The notes beneath the pieces were generated by a model that had not been told where the DNA came from, ran no database searches, and saw nothing but the letters and a program-made list of their open reading frames with translations. The position numbers and the translations under genes are program-made. DNA of 64,000 bases from Candidatus Gottesmanbacteria bacterium. GTDB lineage: Bacteria; Patescibacteriota; Microgenomatia; UBA10105; UBA927. Below are positions 39,554 through 50,846 of this stretch, piece after piece. The stretch lies in the NCBI GenBank assembly GCA_903821745.1, contig CAIJMI010000004.1:152404-216403 (forward strand), in the 5' to 3' direction. How positions within the stretch are numbered: position 1 is the first letter of the stretch; every line of letters starts with the position of its first letter.

Positions 39554-40276
39554 TTGACTACCATTTGTGAAGATTGTTATCATGTAAGCATGTCTAGGCT
39601 ATCTGATCATGAAAAAGCGTTAGACTTACGTCGTAAAGGAAAAAGTTATTCGCAAATAAAGGAAACCTTGGGAATAAGTAAAAGCACTCTAAGTGATTGG
39701 TTACGTAATTATCCTCTGTCTAAAGAGCAAATGTATCTCCTTACAGGGAAAAGTGAGCAAAAAATTGAGCGATATAGGGAAACTCGATTACGAATAAAAA
39801 ATGAAAAATTTTCTATTGTGGTTGAGAATGAAAAGCATAAAATATTGCCAATTTCATTAAAAGAAATATTTATGGCTGGATTATTTCTTTATTGGGGGGA
39901 GGGCACGAAAGGGTCAAATTGCACTGTTAGTGTAAGCAATACAGATTATAGAGTAATAGATTATTTTGTTCATTGGCTAGAGGTTTGTTTTTTAGTGCCA
40001 AGAAAAAAAATAAAAATTAGTTTGCAACTATATAGCGATATGAATATAAATAGTGCAATAAATTTTTGGAAAAAGACATTACATATGTCATCGAAACAAT
40101 TTATAAAACCATATATTAAAAAGAGTATACAAAAGACAATAAATCAAAAAAATGGATATGGTCACGGAACATGTCAGGCATACATATATGACGTGAAGAT
40201 AAAAACACGGATAATGGCAGGATTTGAGGTCATATATAAAGAACTAGAAGAATATAAGAAGAAAACATATAATTAG
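39554..40276 (+). CDS. HTH domain protein with a single LAGLIDADG-like motif (candidate homing-endonuclease-like protein)
   Basis: N-terminal resolvase-like HTH (KSYSQIKETLGISKSTLSDWL); central MAGLFLYWGEGTKGS matches the LAGLIDADG motif. Confidence 0.45.
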   Translation: MTTICEDCYHVSMSRLSDHEKALDLRRKGKSYSQIKETLGISKSTLSDWLRNYPLSKEQMYLLTGKSEQKIERYRETRLRIKNEKFSIVVENEKHKILPISLKEIFMAGLFLYWGEGTKGSNCTVSVSNTDYRVIDYFVHWLEVCFLVPRKKIKISLQLYSDMNINSAINFWKKTLHMSSKQFIKPYIKKSIQKTINQKNGYGHGTCQAYIYDVKIKTRIMAGFEVIYKELEEYKKKTYN

Positions 40277-40284
40277 CAAGTAGA

Positions 40285-40356
40285 GCGCCCGTAGCTCAGC
40301 GGTAGAGCGCATGTCTTATAAACATGAGGTACTTGGATCGTCACCAAGCGGGCGCA
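40285..40356 (+). tRNA. tRNA-Ile (anticodon UAU), 72 nt, no encoded CCA
   Basis: Manual cloverleaf: acceptor GCGCCCG/CGGGCGC, D-arm GCTC-AGCGGTA-GAGC, anticodon stem CATGT/ACATG, loop CTTATAA, T-arm CTTGG-ATCGTCA-CCAAG, discriminator A. Confidence 0.8.
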
Positions 40357-40357
40357 C

Positions 40358-40885
40358 ATGGAACAAGTCATTTTAGTGGATGAAAATAATAATGAAATTG
40401 GTACTGCTGATAAGAAAACAGTACATACTACAACAACGCCGCTTCATCGTGCATTTTCACTGTTTATATTTAACGAAAAAAAACAATTACTTGTAACGAA
40501 ACGTGCTGCAAAGAAAAAAACATTTCCCAGCGTATGGACAAATAGTGTCTGCGGTCATGTATCACCAGGAGAAGAGACGATTGATGCAGCAATCCGGCGA
40601 AGTCAGGAAGAACTTCACATGGAAGTAGGACATGTTCACGAAGTATCCCCATACCGTTATCGTTTTGCTGATAAAAATGGCATTGTTGAAAATGAGATTT
40701 GCCCAATTTTTATTGGATTTACACATGTAGGTCCAATAGTAAATAAAAATGAAGTAGAGGATTGGAAATGGATTGATTGGAAAGAATTTATACAAATAAT
40801 TCAAGAACAACCTGGAACATATTCTCCCTGGAGTGAAGAAGAGGCAATTATACTTCAACGGATAAATCCGGAATTGCTTGGATAG
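40358..40885 (+). CDS. idi: Isopentenyl-diphosphate delta-isomerase, type 1 (Nudix fold)
   Basis: LHRAFS..F and TNSVCGH conserved regions align to E. coli Idi. Confidence 0.85.
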   Translation: MEQVILVDENNNEIGTADKKTVHTTTTPLHRAFSLFIFNEKKQLLVTKRAAKKKTFPSVWTNSVCGHVSPGEETIDAAIRRSQEELHMEVGHVHEVSPYRYRFADKNGIVENEICPIFIGFTHVGPIVNKNEVEDWKWIDWKEFIQIIQEQPGTYSPWSEEEAIILQRINPELLG

Positions 40886-41846
40886 TATGCCAATCTACAG
40901 ATTCTCCTTTAAAATACGCATACGATCCAATGTATGCAGCATTATCCGTGCACAGCGAAACGGGCGGACAAAAGAATGGAATATCACTCTGTTGGAATTT
41001 TTCCCGTAATCGTACATTTGCAGCAACGCCCCCACCGATACATATGGATTGTGCGTCATATAGTTCTGCTGCTTGGAGTGTTTTTGTTACAAGGACATCA
41101 GTAATGGATTCCTGTACTTCATATGCAAGTTCTCCGATGACTTTTTCATTAAATTCCGGAAGCCCTTTTTGTTTGATTACTTCCCGTAATATAGCTGTTT
41201 TAAGTCCGGAAAAAGAAAAATTTAATGTGTCATCATGAAGAAGCGGTCTTGGCAACTTTATTTTTGATTTTTTTCCTGCGGATTTTTGAATGGCAAGCCC
41301 CCCCTGTGAACCAAATCCTAAAAGTCGGGCCGCTTTATCAAATGCTTCACCTGCTGCATCATCCACCGTTCCGCCAAGCCAGGTAAGGTCTTTTTTATTT
41401 TTCATGAGAAATAATTCCGTGTGTCCGCCTGATACCACAAGCCCAATGGCCGGAAAAAGAATTGCGTGCTTTTCAGGCTGTTCAAGATAATTTGCGTAAA
41501 GATGTGCCAGAACATGATTGACTGGAATGAGTGGTTTGTTTGTGACAAAGGCAATTGTTTTTGCTGCTTCAACACCGATGAGCAGTGAACCAATTAGCCC
41601 TGGTCCGATGGTAACGGCAATCGCATCAATAGATTCATAACTTTGGTTTGCAGCAGTAAGTGCTTCAGTGATGACTGGTAATATACATTTTAACTGTTCT
41701 CGTGATACAACTTCAGGAACAATACCGCCGTATTTTTCATGCATGGCAGATGATGTAGCAATAATATTGCTTACAATTTTTGTGCCGTCTTGAATGACTG
41801 CTGCACTGGTTTCATCACAACTTGTTTCAATTGCTAAGATATTCAT
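40848..41846 (-). CDS. tsaD: tRNA N6-adenosine threonylcarbamoyltransferase TsaD
   Basis: MNILAIETSCDETS N-terminus; Kae1/YgjD motifs HMEAH-like and GGVAAN. Start trimmed to ATG 41846. Confidence 0.85.
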   Translation of the reverse strand: MNILAIETSCDETSAAVIQDGTKIVSNIIATSSAMHEKYGGIVPEVVSREQLKCILPVITEALTAANQSYESIDAIAVTIGPGLIGSLLIGVEAAKTIAFVTNKPLIPVNHVLAHLYANYLEQPEKHAILFPAIGLVVSGGHTELFLMKNKKDLTWLGGTVDDAAGEAFDKAARLLGFGSQGGLAIQKSAGKKSKIKLPRPLLHDDTLNFSFSGLKTAILREVIKQKGLPEFNEKVIGELAYEVQESITDVLVTKTLQAAELYDAQSICIGGGVAANVRLREKFQQSDIPFFCPPVSLCTDNAAYIGSYAYFKGESVDWHTIQAIPDLSVEV

Positions 41847-42997
41847 GTATGTGTTTGTTTTTTTAATTGTACTAATATGGCAATTCTTGGTAAGTAGAAT
41901 ACTTGAGAAATCAGCAATGCTATTGCAGGTGATGTCCAATCTGCAACAGCTCCAAGAAAGATAGAAAATATGCCAAAAACAATACTTCCAGCAAATGAGA
42001 CGATGGAGGAAAGAGTTGCTCGTTCATGTTCGGTAAATTCTTTGTGCATTAACGCATTGGAAGCAACACCAGTTGCACCAAATAGAAAGGATGTAGATGA
42101 CATAAGAACGGGGGATGCGACAGTTGGAAAAACAAGTGAGACGACGTTAATAACGCGGTTAATGATCGTATCAAATAACATAAGATTTAAACCGCCAAAT
42201 TTTTTAATTAATTTCCCTGCATACCAATAACTGATTCCGCCTCCTGCAAATGACAGGGCTTTTGAGATACCGATTGCCCATGTTGGCCACAATGTGGCAA
42301 TGAATGCCGATTTAAATTGGAACCCTGATTCGCCGACACCAAATCCAATAATCTCATCAAGACTGAGAAGCCGTAGATTTTTGTTGTGCCATATGTGTTT
42401 TATGGAACCCACAAGATGAGCATAGATATTCGTTGACATAGAAGCCTGTGTTTTTGGTTCTCTGACATATAAAGAAAGGAGAAGACAGATGACTTGCGGA
42501 ATAACGGATAGCCACATAACCCAGGAAAAAGAAAAGTAGGCAATAACACTTCCTATAACCGTACCAATGGTTAATGCTGCTTGAAACATTGCGCTCACCT
42601 TTCCAAGATAATGGTCATAGGTATCTACTTTTTTTAAATCACGAAGAGAATCATGCAGGAGTGCATCATTATTGCCACTATAGAATGCTCGACTGACTCC
42701 TTCAAAAATTGCACCAATTGCAAGAAAGACATAGGTTCCACCTATGGCATAACAGATAACGCTTAAAACTGCAGCACACGCTCCTGCAGTCATTGTTTTT
42801 CTCCGTCCAATTTTGTCTGAAAGAATACCAGTTGGAACTTCAAAAAAGGCAGACGATAGCATGGCCATGCTAAAAAGGCTCATTGCAAGTGCATATGAAC
42901 CAGTGATTTTTGCAAAATACAGAATTAAAATTGCACTATAAAAATTAAAATCTGTAAAGAAGTTAAATAGTGCAAGTAGCTTGATATTGCGCCCCAT
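41843..42997 (-). CDS. MFS transporter
   Basis: Twelve TM helices; GxLaDrxGrR-like motif (LSDKIGRRK). Confidence 0.8.
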   Translation of the reverse strand: MGRNIKLLALFNFFTDFNFYSAILILYFAKITGSYALAMSLFSMAMLSSAFFEVPTGILSDKIGRRKTMTAGACAAVLSVICYAIGGTYVFLAIGAIFEGVSRAFYSGNNDALLHDSLRDLKKVDTYDHYLGKVSAMFQAALTIGTVIGSVIAYFSFSWVMWLSVIPQVICLLLSLYVREPKTQASMSTNIYAHLVGSIKHIWHNKNLRLLSLDEIIGFGVGESGFQFKSAFIATLWPTWAIGISKALSFAGGGISYWYAGKLIKKFGGLNLMLFDTIINRVINVVSLVFPTVASPVLMSSTSFLFGATGVASNALMHKEFTEHERATLSSIVSFAGSIVFGIFSIFLGAVADWTSPAIALLISQVFYLPRIAILVQLKKQTHT

Positions 42998-43011
42998 ATA
43001 TCATTCCTATT

Positions 43012-43428
43012 CTACTCGAGATTAAGGAGTTTTGCGAGCGTTGAGGTGGAGTGGGTGGAAAGATGTGGAATAATAACAGCCTCTGCACCAAGTTGTTCTG
43101 TTTGTTTCATTTTCTTTTCAAGTATCGAATCACCCTCCGTTAATGCAATCGCATCAGGGTTAATTGTTTTTACTGCGTCAAAATATTCTGCGTCACTATT
43201 CATTGGTGGAAGCGCTATGACTTCATCAACCATGCGGAGTGCTTCAAGCATTTTTTTCCGTTGTTTTTGGGTGTGAAACGGCCGTCCTGCGCCTTTTAAT
43301 CGTTTAATGGTTTCATCAGATTCAAGCATCACAATTAATTTGTCACCATGTTTTTTTGCTGCTTCCAAAAAAGAAATATGACCAAAATGAATAAAATCAA
43401 AACATCCTCCAACAAGTATGGTTTTCAT
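43012..43428 (-). CDS. Cytidylyltransferase-like nucleotidyltransferase
   Basis: GGCFDFIHFGHISFL HxGH-type motif. Confidence 0.65.
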   Translation of the reverse strand: MKTILVGGCFDFIHFGHISFLEAAKKHGDKLIVMLESDETIKRLKGAGRPFHTQKQRKKMLEALRMVDEVIALPPMNSDAEYFDAVKTINPDAIALTEGDSILEKKMKQTEQLGAEAVIIPHLSTHSTSTLAKLLNLE

Positions 43429-44840
43429 TGTTTTGTCCCCCGTAAAAAGACTGCCTGCCAGGGTTGATAATTGGATACAAAGATTTGATCAATGGTCCGT
43501 TCACCATTTTTTGTTACCCGATATTCAAAAGATGCTTTTGCACCCCATGCATCAAAGTCTACCTGTTTGATGGTACCGACGGAAAGCGTTGGATCATCTT
43601 GATACAAAGTTGGTGGAGGTGGTGTAATACCTGAAAGTGTCTGATTAAGAATTTCAGCCTTTCTTCCGTCAGAAACACCATATAAATCAAATGTCAGAGT
43701 GAGGTTGTTTGTGTCTGTTTTTGTTTGAATGAGAATATATGCTTGCGTATCGTTTATAAATTTTAAATCATTACTTGGATCAAATACAGTTGCATCGAGG
43801 CCTGGTTTAAAACCGCCTTCTTCATAATAATGAACGCGGTACGAATGTGCATGGCGTTCAATTATTGGAAGTCCAGCATTGAGGGCGGCACGGAACAAGG
43901 TTGTTGAAACTTGACATACACCGCCTCCATCCCCAAGAACGGTTCTGCCATCCTTAATAATATATGCAGATTGATATCCTGTTGCTGCGGATATGTCACC
44001 AACAGTTTTATTAAATGAAAACGTTTCACCTGGCGCAATAAGGACACCATTTAATTTTGCGGCAGCAAGCGCAACATTGTGAATACGTCCCGGTATGGAT
44101 CCTGCAAATTCTGAGTACCCGGTACTGATTTTTTCTCTAATACCGAAGGAATTTGCTTGTTTTGTTGAAACAACAGGTGTAATTGTGTCAACGGGAATGG
44201 ATAATGTAACACGATTAGAATTTTTTTTGACTGCATCAATCAGAAGTTGTCCAAACAAATCTCGAAGTTGTTTTTCATTTACGCGTCTGCCTTCCTGCGA
44301 AGGTTTAAAAGAAATCACTTTTCCTTTCGTAAATTGAAACAGTGCATTTTCAACCGGAATATTAATGATTGCCGATACGGAAGCAATAGTATTGGTAAGC
44401 GCATCCTCATTCCATTCAAATGCAGGAGGGAGGTTGATCGGTTGGTTTCCGTAGCGCTCACGGAGATTGCTTGTAAAATGAGAAGATCGACCCACAAGTA
44501 ATGCTTGTGTTGCTGAAAGGGTGGCATTATATCCCAGGTGAAGATCTGTTCCTGATATCGTGGCAATGGTATTTTCAAATCGGAGTTCAAATTGAACATT
44601 TGAAAGGGTAGTATTTTTACGTAGCCAGTAAGTTTCTATTTCTTGCTGCGTTTTTCCGCCAAATGCTATCGAATCAATAAACACCTGTGGATATGCACGA
44701 TGTGCATATGCCTGTTCAAAATAGACAAAAAAGCTGGTTATACTGCCAAAAGCAAATATAAGTAGAGATATACATATCCAAAGAATTTTTTTATGTATGG
44801 GCTTGTTGTTTCTGAGAGCCATGATATGATTATTGTACAA
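43425..44840 (-). CDS. VanW/YoaR-family protein
   Basis: N-terminal TM; VanW domain GDGGGVCQVSTTLF. Confidence 0.75.
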   Translation of the reverse strand: MYNNHIMALRNNKPIHKKILWICISLLIFAFGSITSFFVYFEQAYAHRAYPQVFIDSIAFGGKTQQEIETYWLRKNTTLSNVQFELRFENTIATISGTDLHLGYNATLSATQALLVGRSSHFTSNLRERYGNQPINLPPAFEWNEDALTNTIASVSAIINIPVENALFQFTKGKVISFKPSQEGRRVNEKQLRDLFGQLLIDAVKKNSNRVTLSIPVDTITPVVSTKQANSFGIREKISTGYSEFAGSIPGRIHNVALAAAKLNGVLIAPGETFSFNKTVGDISAATGYQSAYIIKDGRTVLGDGGGVCQVSTTLFRAALNAGLPIIERHAHSYRVHYYEEGGFKPGLDATVFDPSNDLKFINDTQAYILIQTKTDTNNLTLTFDLYGVSDGRKAEILNQTLSGITPPPPTLYQDDPTLSVGTIKQVDFDAWGAKASFEYRVTKNGERTIDQIFVSNYQPWQAVFLRGTKQ

Positions 44841-44845
44841 GATTT

Positions 44846-46345
44846 ATGATAACGCCACCATCAAGCACAGAATCACCGCCGCAGCCACCATCTCCACAGG
44901 GATCTATCTCATTTGGAACACCGACGATGGCACCGACGCCGGAACCAGTTATACCACCAAGCAATGATCCGGTGCTGTCACCAACACCACCGATATTAAC
45001 AACACCAGCGGTAATGACCCCATCAAATCCATGGCCAAAACGATTGTTGGCAATTGCACTTGTTCTTATTCTGGTTATGGTTGGAATTTTTGGAGGAAAA
45101 TATATATATTCCATGATTAATGCCTCCAAGCAGGTAACGCTGACCTATTGGGGATTATGGGAAAATGAAGCGGTTATTCAGCCTGCCATTGCAGCATTTG
45201 AAGCAAAAAATCCAAAAATTAAAATTCAATATGTGAAACAATCACAAAAACAATATCGAGAGCGGTTACAAGCTGCGATTGATCGCGGTGAGGGACCAGA
45301 TATCTTTCGGTTTCATAATACGTGGGTTCCGATGATTTACAATCAGTTATCTCCAGTTCCAGCGACTGTGATGACGCCTGCAGTATTTAAAAGCGCATTC
45401 TATCCTGTGGCATCTGCAGATCTTGTTGCGGGAGAAGCAATTTATGGTATACCACTCATGATTGACGGATTAGGTCTATATTATAATGAAGAATTATTTG
45501 CAAAAGCTGGGATTACAGCACCTCCATCTACATGGGAAGAACTCTTAACAATGATTCCAAAAATTGCAAAATTTGAAGGAACAAGTTTTGCAGTATCCGC
45601 CATCGCGCTTGGAACAACGAATAATGTGGAAAATTATTCCGATATTTTTGCAACAATGTTGATGCAAAATGGCGCTGATGTGACAAATCCAACATCAAAA
45701 GAAGCGGAAGAGGCATTGACGTTCTATCAAAAATTTGCGACACCGCAGGATTCTATATATACCTGGAATGAAACCATGGATAATTCCATATATGCATTCG
45801 CGATGGGAAAAGTAGCCATGATTCTGGCGCCATCCTGGCGTGCATTCGATATTCAAGATATTAATCCAAGTCTCCGATTTAAAATTGCACCTATTCCTCA
45901 ACTTCCAGGAAATACGGTCAATTGGGCAAGTTATTGGGTAGAAGGAGTATCAAATAAAAGTCAATATACAAAGCAGGCATGGGAATTTGTGCAATACCTT
46001 ACCAGTAAAGAAGGCGCAACGCTCATGTATAGTGAAGAACAAAAATCTCGGAAATTGTTTGGAGAACCGTACGCACTGGTTGAACTCGGATTAACACTCA
46101 AAGATGATCCGTACGTCGGAGCATATATTCAAGAAGCTCCTACAGCAAAATCATTTCCCCTTGCCTCTCGGACATTTGATAACGGGTTGAACGATAAACT
46201 CATTACATATTTACAGGATGCCATTAATGGAAAATCAACAGGATCTTCTGAAGTAGAGCGGCTGCAGACAATGGCAGCCGGATTTAAGCAGGTGTTTACG
46301 ACATACGGACTTGTTACAAATACTGCCCCACAACCGACACCGTAA
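44846..46345 (+). CDS. ABC transporter extracellular solute-binding protein (family 1)
   Basis: Sugar-type SBP fold. True start probably MTPSNPWPKRLL near 45008, giving an N-terminal signal anchor. Confidence 0.75.
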   Translation: MITPPSSTESPPQPPSPQGSISFGTPTMAPTPEPVIPPSNDPVLSPTPPILTTPAVMTPSNPWPKRLLAIALVLILVMVGIFGGKYIYSMINASKQVTLTYWGLWENEAVIQPAIAAFEAKNPKIKIQYVKQSQKQYRERLQAAIDRGEGPDIFRFHNTWVPMIYNQLSPVPATVMTPAVFKSAFYPVASADLVAGEAIYGIPLMIDGLGLYYNEELFAKAGITAPPSTWEELLTMIPKIAKFEGTSFAVSAIALGTTNNVENYSDIFATMLMQNGADVTNPTSKEAEEALTFYQKFATPQDSIYTWNETMDNSIYAFAMGKVAMILAPSWRAFDIQDINPSLRFKIAPIPQLPGNTVNWASYWVEGVSNKSQYTKQAWEFVQYLTSKEGATLMYSEEQKSRKLFGEPYALVELGLTLKDDPYVGAYIQEAPTAKSFPLASRTFDNGLNDKLITYLQDAINGKSTGSSEVERLQTMAAGFKQVFTTYGLVTNTAPQPTP

Positions 46346-47217
46346 TGTTGTCACTCAAAAGAGGTATATTCCATGCACTCGTGTACGCTGATATTTTTCA
46401 ATATCCAATGACGGTTCAAGAGGTACTTCGTTGGATTCCGACAGAAAAACCTATTGCGAAAAGAACAATCCAAAAAGCAGTGCAGCAATTGGTTCATGAA
46501 GAATCTATTAGCTTCACTGCGCCGTTTCTCGTATTAAAAAAAAACACCCCGAATATCGGTCTTCATGCAGAGCGGTTAGTGCACAGCCAAAAAAAATGGA
46601 AGAATGCATATTGTGTCGCAAAAATTTTGCGGTGCATCCCTACGATTTTGTTTGTTGGAGTAACAGGTAGTTTGGCAATGAATAATGCTGGTGCGGAAGA
46701 TGATATAGATTTTTGTATTGTTGCAGCGAAGGGGACAGTATGGATTACCCGATTTCTTACAACCATTACTGTTGAGCTTGTGGCAAAACGTCGTCATCCG
46801 GGATCAATAAATATTCAAGACACGATCTGTTTAAATATGTTTTTGTCTGAAGATTCGTTAAAGACGGAAAAAGCTGAACAAGATGTCTATATCGCTCATG
46901 AAGTTATACAAATGGTTCCGATGTGGGAGCGAAAAGGTATTGAAAAACGGTTTCTTAGTGTAAATTCATGGGTAAAAAAGTATTATTACCATGCATATCA
47001 GGAGCGATTGGCATTACGAGTACAACGAGTTAAGAGAAAACCATTCTGGGAAAAAGTATTACGTTTTTTGGAAGGACCAGTAAGAACAATTCAGCTTCGG
47101 TATATGGCAAAAAGGAGAACGACAGAGGTGGTAACAAAGCAGATTATTCGATTTCACCCGAAAGATATGCGTCACTTTGTGCTTTTCACACTTGACAAGA
47201 AACTCCATCGAATTTAA
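46345..47217 (+). CDS. Nucleotidyltransferase-domain protein (Pol-beta-like minimal NTase)
   Basis: GVTGSLAMNNAGAEDDIDFCIV, the G[ST]...D.D motif. Confidence 0.5.
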   Translation: MLSLKRGIFHALVYADIFQYPMTVQEVLRWIPTEKPIAKRTIQKAVQQLVHEESISFTAPFLVLKKNTPNIGLHAERLVHSQKKWKNAYCVAKILRCIPTILFVGVTGSLAMNNAGAEDDIDFCIVAAKGTVWITRFLTTITVELVAKRRHPGSINIQDTICLNMFLSEDSLKTEKAEQDVYIAHEVIQMVPMWERKGIEKRFLSVNSWVKKYYYHAYQERLALRVQRVKRKPFWEKVLRFLEGPVRTIQLRYMAKRRTTEVVTKQIIRFHPKDMRHFVLFTLDKKLHRI

Positions 47218-47218
47218 A

Positions 47219-47245
47219 ATAGCAGTCACTTAAAAAGAGTGCCAA
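47219..47245 (+). promoter_or_regulatory. CIRCE-like inverted repeat (HrcA operator) upstream of groES
   Basis: ATAGCAGTC-N9-GAGTGCCAA against consensus TTAGCACTC-N9-GAGTGCTAA. Confidence 0.55.
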
Positions 47246-47271
47246 CATATTACTGTTTAAAGGAGGAATAT

Positions 47272-49223
<1,952 letters not shown>

Positions 49224-49242
49224 AAAATAAGAGTAATAAATC

Positions 49243-49268
49243 AAAAACCCCGGGAGACCGGGGTTTTT
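49243..49268 (+). terminator. Rho-independent terminator after groEL
   Basis: CCCCGG-GAGA-CCGGGG hairpin followed by TTTTT. Confidence 0.7.
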
Positions 49269-49290
49269 GGTATATAATGGCTGTATTACT

Positions 49291-49923
49291 ATGACGGACT
49301 ATCTTGATGAAACCATTGATCTTTATAATTCCCTTGCTGACAGTTATGCAAAGCAAGTTCAAGACCGTGGACCATTCATGCAAAGGAAAAAATTTGTATC
49401 CATGCTTCCGCCAGGAGCAAAAATTCTTGATGTCGGATGCGGGTCAGGGAGAGACTGTAAATTTTTTAGCCAAGAAGGATTTAAAGTGACAGGAATTGAT
49501 CGTTCAGAAAAACTTTTAGAGATTGCAAGAATTGCAGCACCGCGGGCTAAATTTTACAGCGCAGATATACGGCATCTTTCCTTTGAAAAAAATATGTTTG
49601 ATGGAATTTGGTCCTGTGCATCCATAGTTCATATTAGTCATAACGAAATGCAACAAGTATTCAACTCTTTTTATTCAATACTGAAACCTCAGGGTGTTTT
49701 GTATATTCATGCAAAAAAAGGTGAGGGAGAAGGATATTTGGAAGAACCAAGTATACCGGGAAAACAACGCTTTTATTCCCTTTTTACGACTTCCTTGTTG
49801 AAAAAATATTGTGAAACTGCAGGGTTTTCTGAGATTGAGGTTATTGATATAGGATTTACAGAGGCGTATGCTAATGGGAAATATTCAAAAGAATGGGTGG
49901 ATTGTTTCGCAACAAAAGTATGA
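49291..49923 (+). CDS. Class I SAM-dependent methyltransferase
   Basis: Motif I LDVGCGSGRD; start trimmed to MTDYLDE, downstream of the terminator. Confidence 0.7.
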   Translation: MTDYLDETIDLYNSLADSYAKQVQDRGPFMQRKKFVSMLPPGAKILDVGCGSGRDCKFFSQEGFKVTGIDRSEKLLEIARIAAPRAKFYSADIRHLSFEKNMFDGIWSCASIVHISHNEMQQVFNSFYSILKPQGVLYIHAKKGEGEGYLEEPSIPGKQRFYSLFTTSLLKKYCETAGFSEIEVIDIGFTEAYANGKYSKEWVDCFATKV

Positions 49924-50798
49924 AAAAATATTTCATTGCAGAATGTATTACAAAAGATGATCTGATTCATCAGGGGTTGTATTTTGAACCCACTAAGAAA
50001 TCAGATACGGCTATTTTGTATGTTCATGGGCTCTCAAGTGTATTTCATGGGCATATGGCAACCTGTGACGCATTTGCTGACATGTGTAAAGACAAAGGGT
50101 TTGGATTTGCATCATTTAACAATAGAGGATTTTGTTTAATCTCCGGTATTCAGAAAAAAGACCCAACAGCATTAACTGGTATCGGTCATATTCCAGGAGG
50201 AGCAGGACAGGAAATCTTTGAAGATTGTGTCTTGGATATTGATGGAGGGGTAACATTTTTAGTTCAGCAAGGATATTCCAAAATAGTGTTAGTTGGCCGT
50301 TCAACAGGAGCAAACAAAGCATGTTTTTATGCAGGGACCGTTGATGATCCACGGGTGATCGGTGTGGTATTAAATTCAGCAGTCAGTGATAGGCTGGAAA
50401 AAACACCTGAAGAAATTGCAAAAACGCTTCCACTCATGAAGAAAAAAATCGAAGAAGGAAAAGAACATGAGCTTTTGGTTGGATACAGTTTTTTCCCAAT
50501 GACGCCGAAACGATATATTTCGTTATATGAAAAGGGTACAAAAGAAGATGTTTTTGATTATGGGGATGAAAAACCAAAGATGACTGTATATTCCCAAATT
50601 AAAAAACCATTGTTTGTTGTGATGGGAGAAAATGATGAACATATTGATCGGCCGGTGAAGGATATCATGAAGGTATTTGAAGGAAAAACAACAAGTAAAA
50701 ATTATAAAAGCATGATTGTTCCTGGTGCCATCCACGGATTTGAAGGGAAGGAACGGGAGCTTGCAACATATATCGGCGAATGGATCACCACTATTTGA
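49920..50798 (+). CDS. Alpha/beta hydrolase
   Basis: Nucleophile elbow GRSTGAN; ATGA overlap with the previous gene. Confidence 0.65.
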   Translation: MKKYFIAECITKDDLIHQGLYFEPTKKSDTAILYVHGLSSVFHGHMATCDAFADMCKDKGFGFASFNNRGFCLISGIQKKDPTALTGIGHIPGGAGQEIFEDCVLDIDGGVTFLVQQGYSKIVLVGRSTGANKACFYAGTVDDPRVIGVVLNSAVSDRLEKTPEEIAKTLPLMKKKIEEGKEHELLVGYSFFPMTPKRYISLYEKGTKEDVFDYGDEKPKMTVYSQIKKPLFVVMGENDEHIDRPVKDIMKVFEGKTTSKNYKSMIVPGAIHGFEGKERELATYIGEWITTI

Positions 50799-50846
50799 TA
50801 ATTTTGGTTGATTGTCGCGTCTCCCTATGCTAGTATCGATGATACC

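Noticed and set aside
44846-45008. A Pro-rich 55-aa N-terminal extension on the solute-binding protein
   Set aside because: More likely start over-extension by the ORF finder. An internal Met (MTPSNPWPKRLL) gives a normal signal anchor, and the upstream stretch overlaps the divergent VanW gene start region.
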